Shown: piece by piece, positions 29,425 to 39,942 of the stretch | Layout of the letters: every line of letters starts with the position of its first letter | Position numbering within the stretch: the stretch's first letter is position 1 | From: a virus | Virus record (IMG/VR): IMGVR_UViG_3300032236_000656 | Span: 1-64,000 of that record | DNA: 64,000 nt | Strand: one strand, 5' to 3' | Made by a program: the position numbers and the translations under genes | Notes under the pieces: generated by a model | What the model was told of the DNA's origin: nothing | Database searches by the model: none | Seen by the model: the letters and a program-made list of their open reading frames with translations, nothing else

Positions 29425-29430
29425 ATGTAA

Positions 29431-32079
29431 ATGTACGTAGATGCTATCATTGATAGAGAGAAAGAGCGTATCCATGTTGTGGAACGTCGAGATGGTAAAA
29501 GAGTTTATCATGATTATCCAGCAAACTATGTGTTCTATTACCCCGACGAGCGCGGCAAGTTCCGCACTCTTTGGGGAGAACCATGCCAGCGAGTAAGCAC
29601 TCGTAGTAGCAAAGAATTCCGTAAGGAAATGTCTGCTTTTAAAGGAAAGCAAATATACGAAAGTGATATTAATCCAATCTTTCGTTGTTTAGCAGACAAT
29701 TATCTTGGACAAGATGCTCCAGAACTAAACACTGCATTTTTCGATATCGAGACGGACTTTGATAAGGTCCGTGGATACAGCAGTCCCGAAGATCCTTTTA
29801 CAAAAGTTACCGCAGTAACAGTATATCTCAATTGGCTAGATCAGTTGATTACACTGTGTATGCGTCCGCCTACACTTTCAATTGAAGAAGCACAAGCAAT
29901 TTGTAACAGTATCCCAAATTGTTTTCTATTTGAAAATGAAGCAGACTTATTGACAACATTTATGGATTTAATTGAAGATGCTGATATACTAAGCGGTTGG
30001 AACAGCGAAGGCTTTGATATTCCTTACATGATCAATCGTACTTCTAGGGTATTAAGCAAAGATGATACACGTCGCTATTGTCTTTGGGGACAGATGCCAA
30101 AAGATAGGACATACGAGAAGTTTGGACTAGAACGTCAAACTTTTGATCTTGTTGGCAGAGTTCACATGGATTATATGAACCTCTATCGCAAATATACCTA
30201 TGAAGAACGTCATAGTTATGCACTGGATGCCATTGGCGAATACGAACTAAATGAACGTAAGATTCCATATGAAGGTTCACTGGATCAGTTATACAACGAT
30301 GACTTTAAAAAGTTTCTCGAATATAACAGACAGGATACTGCACTGTTGGATAAGTTGGATAAGAAGTTAAAGTTTCTTGATCTTGCAAACGAACTTGCTC
30401 ATGCCAATACTGTGTTGCTACAAACAACAATGGGTGCTGTGGCTGTGACTGAGCAAGCAATTATCAATGCTGCTCATGCTCGTGGAATGGTTGTGCCAAC
30501 ACGTAAAGGATATAGCGATGATAATCAAGCAGCAGGCGCTTATGTTGCATATCCTAAGAAAGGTATTCATGAGTGGATCGGTGCAATTGATATTAATTCA
30601 CTTTATCCCTCAGCCATTCGTGCATTGAATATGAGTGTTGAAACTATCATTGGACAGTTACGTCCTGTGATGACTGATCAATATATCAAAGACAAGATGG
30701 CACGTGGTAAGACGTTTGCTGATGCATGGGAAGGTATGTTTGGTACACTTGAATATACCGCAGTTATGAATCAAGAAATTGGTACTGAGATTACAATTGA
30801 TTGGGAGGATGGCGACAGTGAAACGTATAGCGCAGCGCAGATATACAGGATGGTCTTTGATTCGAACCAAACATGGAGTCTTAGCGCCAACGGGACGCTG
30901 TTCACTCTTGACAGACAGGGTGTCGTTCCAGGCCTGCTTGAACAATGGTACAAAGAGCGTCAGGAACTCCAGGCCAAAAAGAAAGAATCCAAAGATGCTA
31001 AAGAAGCAGCCTTTTGGGACAAACGACAGTTAGTCAAGAAGATTAATCTAAATAGTCTATATGGAGCAATTTTGAATCCAGGCTGTAGATTCTTCGATAA
31101 ACGTATTGGACAAAGCACTACACTAAGTGGTCGTGTTATTGCTCGTCATATGGACGCTACTGTTAATGAATGTCTAACAGGTGAATATGATTATATTGGT
31201 AAGGCTGTAATATATGGCGATACTGATTCTGTTTATTTCAGTGCGTGGCCAGTTGTTAAGGATGATGTTGCTGCTGGACTTATGGAATGGAACAGTGATA
31301 TCTGTATTAATCTATATGATCAGATTGCCGAACAAGTTAACATTAGTTTCCCTCCATTCATGGAAAAAGCATTTCATGTACCAACTGAAAATGGTAAGAT
31401 CATTAAAGGTGGCAGAGAACTTGTTGCCAGTAAGAGTTTGTTTATTACTAAGAAGCGTTATGCTGCATTGATTATTGATCTTGAAGGCAAGCGTTTGGAT
31501 CGTGAAGGCAAGACTGGCAAGATCAAAGCAATGGGTCTCGATCTTAAACGCAGTGATACCCCAAAAGTAGTTCAAGACTTCTTAAGCAGTATTTTACAGC
31601 AAGTACTAGAAGGCGGCACAAGAGACGATGTTATTGTTTCAATTAAGAAGTTTAAAGAAGAATTTAAACTACGTCCAGCATGGGAGAAAGGTACTCCAAA
31701 GCGTGTTAATAAACTAACATATTATGGTGATCTTGAAACTAAGAATGGCAAAGCAAATATGCCAGGGCATGTTCGTGCTGCAATTAACTGGAATAATATG
31801 CTTCGTATGCATGGCGATAATCGTAGTATGAAGATCACCGATGGAATGAAAGCAATTGTATGTAAGTTACGTTCAAATCCATTAGGTATGACTAGTATTG
31901 CATATCCAACTGATGAGCAGCGTTTACCACAGTGGTTTAAAGATATGCCATTTGATAACGGATTAATGGAAGAAACTATTATAACGCAAAAAGTAGAAAA
32001 TCTACTGGGAGTGTTAGAATGGGATCTTGCAAGTAATACTAACATTAACAATACTTTTGAATCATTATTCACTTTTTAA
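29431..32079 (+). CDS. Family B DNA polymerase (T4 gp43-like)
   Basis: FFDIET, GWNSEGFDIPY, DINSLYPS, KINLNSLYG, YGDTDS and KKRYA motifs. Confidence 0.97.
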   Translation: MYVDAIIDREKERIHVVERRDGKRVYHDYPANYVFYYPDERGKFRTLWGEPCQRVSTRSSKEFRKEMSAFKGKQIYESDINPIFRCLADNYLGQDAPELNTAFFDIETDFDKVRGYSSPEDPFTKVTAVTVYLNWLDQLITLCMRPPTLSIEEAQAICNSIPNCFLFENEADLLTTFMDLIEDADILSGWNSEGFDIPYMINRTSRVLSKDDTRRYCLWGQMPKDRTYEKFGLERQTFDLVGRVHMDYMNLYRKYTYEERHSYALDAIGEYELNERKIPYEGSLDQLYNDDFKKFLEYNRQDTALLDKLDKKLKFLDLANELAHANTVLLQTTMGAVAVTEQAIINAAHARGMVVPTRKGYSDDNQAAGAYVAYPKKGIHEWIGAIDINSLYPSAIRALNMSVETIIGQLRPVMTDQYIKDKMARGKTFADAWEGMFGTLEYTAVMNQEIGTEITIDWEDGDSETYSAAQIYRMVFDSNQTWSLSANGTLFTLDRQGVVPGLLEQWYKERQELQAKKKESKDAKEAAFWDKRQLVKKINLNSLYGAILNPGCRFFDKRIGQSTTLSGRVIARHMDATVNECLTGEYDYIGKAVIYGDTDSVYFSAWPVVKDDVAAGLMEWNSDICINLYDQIAEQVNISFPPFMEKAFHVPTENGKIIKGGRELVASKSLFITKKRYAALIIDLEGKRLDREGKTGKIKAMGLDLKRSDTPKVVQDFLSSILQQVLEGGTRDDVIVSIKKFKEEFKLRPAWEKGTPKRVNKLTYYGDLETKNGKANMPGHVRAAINWNNMLRMHGDNRSMKITDGMKAIVCKLRSNPLGMTSIAYPTDEQRLPQWFKDMPFDNGLMEETIITQKVENLLGVLEWDLASNTNINNTFESLFTF

Positions 32080-32090
32080 AAGGAACAATT

Positions 32091-32930
32091 ATGGACGTAG
32101 TTGAATTAGCAAAATTAAAGGATTATATAGAAAACTCTATTATCCTAACTAAGGATACAGAGAATAGTAAAATTGCAAATATGCTATTGCCTATATTGTC
32201 TGAAGTTAAAAGTAAAGTACAGGTAAAATTAGATGAAATTAATATTGCTGCTGAAAGTTTAAAACAACGTAGAATTAGATTGCCGGGTCCAAATCGACTA
32301 CAATTCTTTAAGAGTCATGATTACAATCCAGCAGAAGTTGAATTTTTCAATAATATCTTATCTGGATTTTCGGGTTGGAATTATCCTGGATTAGTTTTAT
32401 TTCCTGGTGTTGGGCACGTTCTAAATAGTATGGTAAGTTCCGAACCACTGTACATTGCAGATACTTGTGATGAGGTTTTGCAGCATTGTGCAGGAACATT
32501 CAACGAACATTATAGTACTAAAAGATTGATGCAATATAGAATATCTAAGTATGATTTATCTCCGCTCCCACAAGAAGCATTTGGATTAGTAACCAGTGTC
32601 AATTGGACAGTGTTTGAAAGTTTAGATGGTCTGAGTGAAATTGCCGATAGTGTTTACGAGTTGTTATTGCCAGGAGGCATTTATCTCTTTAACTATAATC
32701 CTTTGGACAAGTATTGGGGAGTGGAACAGAATACAAAACAACTTGGATACGGTGCATTGACTGAAGATTTAATTGAGAATTTAATATCAATTGGATTTGA
32801 AATTGAAAAAGTAAACAAGCAACCTCATAAAATGGCTTATGTTATCTGTAAGAAAGCAGGTACGTTGGATTCACCAAAATTAACAAGCATACTTGCGAAA
32901 ATTATTGCAACCGATGAAGAATTACTATAA
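32091..32930 (+). CDS. SAM-dependent methyltransferase-like protein
   Basis: VLFPGVGH (degenerate motif I), VYELLLPGGIYLFNY, GFEI. Confidence 0.5.
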   Translation: MDVVELAKLKDYIENSIILTKDTENSKIANMLLPILSEVKSKVQVKLDEINIAAESLKQRRIRLPGPNRLQFFKSHDYNPAEVEFFNNILSGFSGWNYPGLVLFPGVGHVLNSMVSSEPLYIADTCDEVLQHCAGTFNEHYSTKRLMQYRISKYDLSPLPQEAFGLVTSVNWTVFESLDGLSEIADSVYELLLPGGIYLFNYNPLDKYWGVEQNTKQLGYGALTEDLIENLISIGFEIEKVNKQPHKMAYVICKKAGTLDSPKLTSILAKIIATDEELL

Positions 32931-32956
32931 AATATAACAATATAAAAGGACAAAAT

Positions 32957-33685
32957 ATGAAAGATTTTCTATTAGACATAGTGTCGCATACATTACCATT
33001 GAATATTTCCCTTGTTAAGATCACAGGAGATGATAATAGCACTGTTGTTGAAGCAGCAGCAGATGATAAGAGTGTTATTCTAAAGGGTACGTTTAAGACT
33101 GCTAATCCTGCGTTCAAGGGAGTTTTTGGTATGCCAAATATTCCAAAGTTGAATACTATTCTAAATATTCCAGAATATAACGAAAATGCACAGATCAAGT
33201 TAGAGACTCAAGATCGTAATGGAGAAATTATTCCTAGCGGACTTGAATTTGAAAATGCTTCTGGAGATTTTAAGAACTATTATCGTTTCATGGGCACTGA
33301 AATGGTAAATGAAAAGTTAAAGAGCATGAAGTTTAAGGGTGTAAATTGGCAGACAGAGTTTGAACCTTCAGTTGCCAGCATACAGCGTTTTAAGTTTCAA
33401 GCAAACGCAAACAACGGCGAAACAGTATTCATTGCAAAGATTGAGAACAATCAACTAAAGTTCTACTTTGGAGATCATAGCACAAACACTGGTAGTTTTG
33501 TCTTTCATTCGAATGTAAGCGGAAATATTACTAAGACATGGTACTGGCCAATTGCACAGTTTCAAAGCATACTAAATCTGTATGGCGATAAGACTGTATA
33601 CTTCAGTGACGAAGGCGCAACTCAAATTACAGTTGATAGCGGTCTTGTTGTATACGAATATATTTTGCCAGCACAGAGCAAGTAA
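32957..33685 (+). CDS. Sliding clamp (gp45/PCNA-like)
   Basis: 242 aa, beta-rich, C-terminal YEYILPA; adjacent to the polymerase. Confidence 0.65.
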   Translation: MKDFLLDIVSHTLPLNISLVKITGDDNSTVVEAAADDKSVILKGTFKTANPAFKGVFGMPNIPKLNTILNIPEYNENAQIKLETQDRNGEIIPSGLEFENASGDFKNYYRFMGTEMVNEKLKSMKFKGVNWQTEFEPSVASIQRFKFQANANNGETVFIAKIENNQLKFYFGDHSTNTGSFVFHSNVSGNITKTWYWPIAQFQSILNLYGDKTVYFSDEGATQITVDSGLVVYEYILPAQSK

Positions 33686-33693
33686 GGAAGAAA

Positions 33694-35250
33694 ATGATAC
33701 CTCAGGATAATATGGCATTACGGCAAAAAGATTATGCAGTCTTTTTGCCAGCATTGAGTAGTTTCTATACTTTTCAAATTTGTAAGTATGGGAAGAAGAT
33801 GCAAGCAAGTCGCATACCACAATCAATGCAAAATGGTATTAGGGGATTAGATTTTTTAGATCCTAATATCAGTTATTTCTATTATCCTTGGTGTCTATAT
33901 TCTGCAGGACATGCTATTCTAGATGTGCGGCCAGAAGAAAAAGAAGAAATGGTTCGCAATCGTGATCCAAATAGTTTTGTCTTAGGAGATAGTGGTGGTT
34001 TCCAAATTGGTAAGGGAGTGTGGGAAGGTGATTGGCGTGATCCTAACTGTCCCAAAGCACATGCTAAACGTGATGGTGTTCTTCGTTGGATGGATGCTTA
34101 CATGGATTATGGCATGGTGCTTGATATTCCTGCTTGGGTCGCTCGCAGTCCTGCAGGGGCTAAAGCAACAGGTATTAGCACTTATGCGGAAGCAGTAAAA
34201 GGTACTCGTATTAATAATGAATACTGGATGAAGCATCGCACAGGTCGTTGTAAGTTCCTAAACGTACTACAGGGCGAGAATCATACTGAAGCAGATGATT
34301 GGTACAATCAGATGAAGGACTTTAATGATCCTAAACTGTATCCAGGCACACACTTTAATGGGTGGGCAATGGGTGGGCAGAATATGTGTGATATTCATCT
34401 TGTTCTTCGCCGTATTGTACAGATGATTCGTGATGGCTTACTTGAAAAGGGCACACATGATTGGATGCATTTTCTTGGCACAAGTAAGTTAGAATGGGCT
34501 ACCTTATTAACAGATGTTCAACGTGCTGTTCGTAAATACCATAATGAGAACTTTACTATTAGTTTTGATTGTGCAAGTCCATTCATGGCTAATGCTAAAG
34601 GTCTCGTTTACGATCACTTAAGGATAGAGCATGAGTCAAAATGGACGTATAGCATGGCTGCTGGGATCGACAACAAAAAGTATGCAACAGACACTAGGTT
34701 ATATGGAGATGTGGCTCGCAGTGATGGTATTATCCCTTCCTTTATGGATAGCCATATATCTAAGCATATCACAGTAAACGACGTTTGTTGCTATAAGCCT
34801 GGCGATCTTAATATGATTGGCAAGGAAGGAAAGACATCTTGGGATAGTTTCAGTTATGCTATCCAGATGGCGCATAATGCTTGGATGCATATAAATGCAG
34901 TACTAACAGCCAATGAGCAATATGATTTGGGTGTCGTTCCTGGAATGTTGATCAGCAAGAACACTGGCATTAGATTCCGTGAACTAGTGGATGAGGTCAT
35001 CAAAAATGCTGCCAATCAACGTAGTTTAGACCTCATTGAAGAACATAACAAGTTTTGGCTTGATATTATTGGACAAAGAGGCTATACTGGTAAAAAGACT
35101 ATCAATGCCAGTACAATGCATAAAAAACATTTCGAAGAAATTGAAAATGCAAATAAAGATGCTATACTTTTAAGTAAGCCTGAAAAGAAAGCAGTAGTCA
35201 AAGTTGATGATGAGCATTTTAATGCTTTGTTTGAACCTGGAGATGTTTAG
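33694..35250 (+). CDS. TGT/DpdA-like transglycosylase
   Basis: LGDSGGFQ, MVLDIP, NVLQG, GWAMGG, MHFLG and ISFDCASP TGT-barrel motifs; folE/queD/queE nearby. Confidence 0.75.
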   Translation: MIPQDNMALRQKDYAVFLPALSSFYTFQICKYGKKMQASRIPQSMQNGIRGLDFLDPNISYFYYPWCLYSAGHAILDVRPEEKEEMVRNRDPNSFVLGDSGGFQIGKGVWEGDWRDPNCPKAHAKRDGVLRWMDAYMDYGMVLDIPAWVARSPAGAKATGISTYAEAVKGTRINNEYWMKHRTGRCKFLNVLQGENHTEADDWYNQMKDFNDPKLYPGTHFNGWAMGGQNMCDIHLVLRRIVQMIRDGLLEKGTHDWMHFLGTSKLEWATLLTDVQRAVRKYHNENFTISFDCASPFMANAKGLVYDHLRIEHESKWTYSMAAGIDNKKYATDTRLYGDVARSDGIIPSFMDSHISKHITVNDVCCYKPGDLNMIGKEGKTSWDSFSYAIQMAHNAWMHINAVLTANEQYDLGVVPGMLISKNTGIRFRELVDEVIKNAANQRSLDLIEEHNKFWLDIIGQRGYTGKKTINASTMHKKHFEEIENANKDAILLSKPEKKAVVKVDDEHFNALFEPGDV

Positions 35251-36138
35251 TTGAAAAGTTTAATTATTGGTATGGGAATTGGAGAACTTTATAAAGAAGT
35301 TCTCACAGATTTGAAGCATGAAGTTGTTACAGTAGATACTTTTCGTCCTGCTGATTTTAAAAGTGTTGGTTTAGCATTAGACATTCATCCTCGTTTCGAT
35401 GCTGCATTTATCTGCACTCCAAATCATACACATGAACAAATGGCCTACTTTGTTGCAGAACATAGTAAAATTGTCTTTGTTGAAAAGCCAGGTGTTAAGA
35501 CAGCACACGATTGGCAGATCATGGTTGATTCCTGTCCTGAAACAAAGTTCATTATGGTAAAGAATAATCAATATCGTGAAGAATTACATTTTTTTAAAGA
35601 ATTGAATAAACTTAGTACTAATGTAAAAATTAACTGGATCAATTATAATCGTGTCCCAAATCCAGGCAGTTGGTTTACCAATAGTCATTATAGTTTTGGA
35701 GGTGTCAGTAAAGATTTAATGCCGCACTTGCTCAGTTGGGTAGCAGTATTAAACCCTACAGCATATCAAGACTCTAATGTTCTAAAATTTAATAGAGAAC
35801 GTCGTTGGACTTTAGATGATTTAAAGAATACAACATATGGTACTGTTAATGCAGATGGGCTATATGATGTAGATGATTATGCCAATATTGATTTAAAAGT
35901 TGGTAAGGTACATTATAGTCTGACTGCTAATTGGCGCAGTTTAGAACAAGATGATCAGAGTATTAGTTTTATTGGTGATCGTGAGCGACGATTTGAACTT
36001 GGACTGTGCCCGGTTTCAGCATATAAAAAGATGATTGAAACAGCATTTGAAAATATTGGTAACAGTGAATGGTGGAAGGATCAACTTGAACAGGATCTTT
36101 GGATACACAATATGTTAGGACCATATGATGAGAAGTAG
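35251..36138 (+). CDS. Gfo/Idh/MocA NAD-dependent oxidoreductase
   Basis: LIIGMGIG, ICTPNHTH, VFVEKP, GGVSKDLMPH. Confidence 0.85.
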   Translation: MKSLIIGMGIGELYKEVLTDLKHEVVTVDTFRPADFKSVGLALDIHPRFDAAFICTPNHTHEQMAYFVAEHSKIVFVEKPGVKTAHDWQIMVDSCPETKFIMVKNNQYREELHFFKELNKLSTNVKINWINYNRVPNPGSWFTNSHYSFGGVSKDLMPHLLSWVAVLNPTAYQDSNVLKFNRERRWTLDDLKNTTYGTVNADGLYDVDDYANIDLKVGKVHYSLTANWRSLEQDDQSISFIGDRERRFELGLCPVSAYKKMIETAFENIGNSEWWKDQLEQDLWIHNMLGPYDEK

Positions 36139-37042
36139 AATCCTATATACAGCAGGCGATGAAAAGTTCATCGAAACCCTATGGGATAAACCCGAGCCTG
36201 ATGAAAATGAGATTGAAGTTAAGGCTGTTATGACAGGCATCTGTCGTAGTGATATTGACATGATGCAGGGTAACTTTGGTCCGCTGCCTATTCATATGCA
36301 AGGGCACGAAGGCTTAGGCATTGTTACTAAGGTTGGCTCAAAAGTTAACCGTCCAGGGTTAGAAAATGTAGCAGTGGGAGACTTTGTAGCAACTCGTGGT
36401 GAGCCAGCATATAGTGATTACTATAATGTTCGTAGATATGAATTTGTAGTTGTGCCAGAACTTGATCCCAAGTGGATTATTGAACCTATTGCTTGTGGAA
36501 TTAATGTTGCCACGGAAGGGTTCCCTACATATAATACAGAGAACAAGCGTCTGTTGATTTTAGGTTCAGGTTTTCTATCTTGGATTGTTTTTCAAACCAT
36601 GCTGATACATTCATATGATGGTGCCATCACTGTAGTTGGCAACAGCAATCGTCATCTTTGGCAAGATCATATTGAATTATCTAAAGAGCCTACAGGACAG
36701 TATGATGTTGTCATTGATCTCAAGCAGGATGATACAGTATTCACAAAAGATGTACTGAAGAATAATGCCACAGTTGTGCTGGCAGCAGAGAAGCATCCTG
36801 CTGTAACTACTTCATTTGCCAATCTACTTTGGAAGAATTGCACAATAATATGCCCAAGTCCTCGTAATGATGAGTTCTATACTTCAATGACTATGGCAGT
36901 ATCTTACATTCAAAATTGCGGATTGAAGGTTGACGGGCTATGGACTAGGGGTTATAATCGTAATACAGAATGGCAACAGGCGTTTGAAGATGGTCGAACA
37001 CGCCCAGCAGGATACAGCAGAGGATATTTGATATGGGATTAG
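36125..37042 (+). CDS. Zn-dependent alcohol/polyol dehydrogenase (MDR family)
   Basis: GICRSD, GHEGLG, EPIAC, ILGSGF. Confidence 0.85.
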   Translation: MMRSRILYTAGDEKFIETLWDKPEPDENEIEVKAVMTGICRSDIDMMQGNFGPLPIHMQGHEGLGIVTKVGSKVNRPGLENVAVGDFVATRGEPAYSDYYNVRRYEFVVVPELDPKWIIEPIACGINVATEGFPTYNTENKRLLILGSGFLSWIVFQTMLIHSYDGAITVVGNSNRHLWQDHIELSKEPTGQYDVVIDLKQDDTVFTKDVLKNNATVVLAAEKHPAVTTSFANLLWKNCTIICPSPRNDEFYTSMTMAVSYIQNCGLKVDGLWTRGYNRNTEWQQAFEDGRTRPAGYSRGYLIWD

Positions 37043-37554
37043 ACACACTACAACGTCAAAATGTGACGTATTTTACCGGCTATGAAGTAGAGCATACTAT
37101 TTGCTATGGTAAGTTTACACTATTTGTTGTAGGCACTCCTCTTGTTGAAGAGATATTGGCTAAGGCAAAAGAGGCAGGAGTAGATCATATCTATTTTGGC
37201 ACAAGTCAAAGTTTCCCTGACATTGGCGTAAATGATGCTGAGGAATGGAATAAGTGGGAGCGGACTATTAAGGCTTGTTTAGATGAAGATTTTTGGTGTA
37301 CATTGGATCTTGATGTTAAGCAAGCAGAAGGTTTAATTGAATCTGGATTATGCGAGCATGATCGCTTTGTTCCTATGCTCAGTGTCAAGTTGCCATATAT
37401 CAAACAGTTCAACTATAATGCTACGTTGAAGATCGATGATCTAACTTGGGGCAAGACCAATTCAGGTGTTTGGACACATCAACTACATGATCTTATGGCC
37501 AAAGACAATTATACATATTGGGATCAATATACTAAAGATACAGTAATTAAGTAG
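37033..37554 (+). CDS. Hypothetical protein in the modification cluster
   Basis: Coupled ORF. Confidence 0.7.
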   Translation: MGLDTLQRQNVTYFTGYEVEHTICYGKFTLFVVGTPLVEEILAKAKEAGVDHIYFGTSQSFPDIGVNDAEEWNKWERTIKACLDEDFWCTLDLDVKQAEGLIESGLCEHDRFVPMLSVKLPYIKQFNYNATLKIDDLTWGKTNSGVWTHQLHDLMAKDNYTYWDQYTKDTVIK

Positions 37555-37656
37555 ATATATTCCCACAAACCGTTATACGCAAAGCAATAAATAGTAACAG
37601 TAGCGTTTCAATTAATCATAGTATTTCGACGAATTTAATCAATTTGGAGAGATATA

Positions 37657-39582
37657 GTGATTAAAACATTTTTAAAAGCCTGTGCTTTGATCACAGGCTT
37701 AATAATAACACCTGTGACAGCACAACAGTTGCCTGCAGGTTCAGTTGGTGTCGTAACAAATAATGCACCAAATACTTGGCAGACATTTACATATACATTT
37801 AGAGCAACTACTACTGGTGCTAACTTTATCGGATTTGCTTTTAGACAGGATCCAGCATTTTGGACTTTTGATAATGTTAGACTCACTGCTGCTGGATCAA
37901 CTACTAATTTACTAACAAATGGTGGATTTGATAACGGCGGTGCATTTAGTGTAACAACTAATAATGGCCCAAGTCAAATACAAGCCCCAACTAACTGGGG
38001 TGTATGGTATCAAAATGGCACATATCCTGCTGCTGCTGGACAATGGCAGGATGGCGGAGCACCTCACGGTGGTGTTTGGTATGATGGTGCCGTTGGATCT
38101 TTTGATGGTATCTATCAAGGTGTCAATTTAACTGCTGGTACAACATATACTATTGCATTTGAAGTATCAGGTAATCATACATCAGATGGCGGTGCTGTAC
38201 AACTTGGTGCATATAGTGGTGCTTGCGCCAGCGTAAGTGTTGCTCCAAATCAATGTACAATTCCAAGTTCAGTCGGCTTTACTACACTTGCTACACCTGC
38301 TCAAGGTGCTGCTGCTGGCGGACCTGCTGTAACTGTTGTAAGTACTGCTCCCGGGACACCAAGAGTTACTACATCTTCTGCAAATGGCGCATCTAGTGTA
38401 ACAAATACTTCAACACGCGGTTTAACCATTACTGTATCAACAAATACAGCAGGAGTAACTACATATACATCAAGTTATAGAGATGCTGCTGTTAGAAATA
38501 CTAGAGTAATTGAAGTAACAAGAACAACTACTGTAATTGGATCAACTCCAATGACTAGAGTTGATACACTAACAACTCCAATCACAACAGTAACAACTAC
38601 TACTGTTCCAAGAACAACAACTACAACTACTATCCTTGTAACTGTTACAACTTACTCAGATGGTACAACAACTACTAGTGATGGAACACCAGTGGTAACA
38701 ACATCAACAACTAATGTTGTAACTAGCAGTTCATCAACTACAAATGAAGTAATCACACAGACAACTAGAAGTACTAATATTACTTCAAATAGTTCAAACC
38801 AGTCTGCAAGTGCTAGTTCAAATGGGTTTAGTGATGCAGTTGCAGTTCGTAGATTTAATCCATTCCTAGTTGATGCATTAAGTAAAAATGATGGTGCATG
38901 GGTTAGCCCAACTGCAAGTTACTATAAGACTGTAGGCAGCATTTCAACTGGTGGTACAGGTGCTGGTTATCAATGGACTGCTGATAATAACATTTTTGGA
39001 GTTGCTGTTAATTATGGCAGTTCAAAGAGTAATGGTCTTGTTAATAGCAAAGTACAAAGTGAAAACTATGATGCCAATGCTTATGCTTTGATCAAAGACA
39101 AGGATGTTTGGGTTAAAACTGCTGTAGGGTTTGGCTATAGTAAATTTAACGGAACTACTGCTTTGCCAATCTTTGCATTAGCAAACAATACCAAGTTCAA
39201 TCAAAAGTTAATTTATGGTGATCTAACTGTTTATAGTGCAGATACATATTTTGATTTTAGACCATTAGTTGGTGTAACTGTAACTAACAGTTCAATCAAC
39301 GGCATTGTTGAAAATGGCAGTGCGTTACTTTCAACTACTCCTGAATCAAAATCAAGTACCAGTTTCAATCCATATGTTGGTTTGAGATATGACTTTGATA
39401 AGAATTTTGGTGTTGAAGGTCGTGTTACACAGAGTAAAGATTTCAAAACTGTTGGCAGCATCCGTGCTACAGCAAACACTGAAATCGACAAAGGCATATT
39501 CCTAAATGCTTCAGTTGGTGTAGATAAGAGTTCTAACCTAACTGGCATCGCAGGAACTATAGGTCTAAGAATAGATTTTTAA
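37657..39582 (+). CDS. Autotransporter-like outer-membrane protein
   Basis: Signal peptide, CBM-like beta domain, Thr-rich stalk, C-terminal beta-barrel ending IGLRIDF; TAAATA at 37588. Confidence 0.7.
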   Translation: MIKTFLKACALITGLIITPVTAQQLPAGSVGVVTNNAPNTWQTFTYTFRATTTGANFIGFAFRQDPAFWTFDNVRLTAAGSTTNLLTNGGFDNGGAFSVTTNNGPSQIQAPTNWGVWYQNGTYPAAAGQWQDGGAPHGGVWYDGAVGSFDGIYQGVNLTAGTTYTIAFEVSGNHTSDGGAVQLGAYSGACASVSVAPNQCTIPSSVGFTTLATPAQGAAAGGPAVTVVSTAPGTPRVTTSSANGASSVTNTSTRGLTITVSTNTAGVTTYTSSYRDAAVRNTRVIEVTRTTTVIGSTPMTRVDTLTTPITTVTTTTVPRTTTTTTILVTVTTYSDGTTTTSDGTPVVTTSTTNVVTSSSSTTNEVITQTTRSTNITSNSSNQSASASSNGFSDAVAVRRFNPFLVDALSKNDGAWVSPTASYYKTVGSISTGGTGAGYQWTADNNIFGVAVNYGSSKSNGLVNSKVQSENYDANAYALIKDKDVWVKTAVGFGYSKFNGTTALPIFALANNTKFNQKLIYGDLTVYSADTYFDFRPLVGVTVTNSSINGIVENGSALLSTTPESKSSTSFNPYVGLRYDFDKNFGVEGRVTQSKDFKTVGSIRATANTEIDKGIFLNASVGVDKSSNLTGIAGTIGLRIDF

Positions 39583-39611
39583 TTGACAAACCAGTGTGCT
39601 CATAGTAATAT
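39583..39611 (+). promoter_or_regulatory. sigma70-type promoter TTGACA-17-TAATAT, probably leaderless
   Basis: -10 element ends 6 nt before the ATG at 39618; no SD. Confidence 0.7.
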
Positions 39612-39617
39612 AACACT

Positions 39618-39941
39618 ATGAGCACACACAATGACAAGAGCGAAACAATCTACATTGGCTGTCAATGCCATGCCCCAGAGCATCTCATCCGTGTTAGTTA
39701 TTATGAATGGGTAGGAAAGGATGAGCCAGAACTTTACTTCATGCTACAGTCTGATAAAGGTCATCTCAATTTTTGGGAACGTCTAAAGATGGCTGCTAAA
39801 TTCCTTATTGGTCGTGCTGATGTTGAATGGCATGATGTGATCCCCGATCACAATGATATTGTTGAACTCAAACGAGTACTTGACACATATACAGAAGACT
39901 ATAAACTATACGAAGAGACTCAAACAAATGGTCGTAATTAA
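39618..39941 (+). CDS. Hypothetical protein
   Basis: ORF with CQCH motif. Confidence 0.65.
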   Translation: MSTHNDKSETIYIGCQCHAPEHLIRVSYYEWVGKDEPELYFMLQSDKGHLNFWERLKMAAKFLIGRADVEWHDVIPDHNDIVELKRVLDTYTEDYKLYEETQTNGRN

Positions 39942-39942
39942 T

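Noticed and set aside
29361-29430. HDV-like ribozyme or preQ1 riboswitch in the polymerase leader
   Set aside because: I could not build the required nested pseudoknot or find the conserved core by eye; kept only as a generic structured leader.
29431-32079. Intein or intron in the polymerase (also considered for ClpA and the clamp loader)
   Set aside because: Lengths are normal, motifs are contiguous and no splice-junction signatures are visible.
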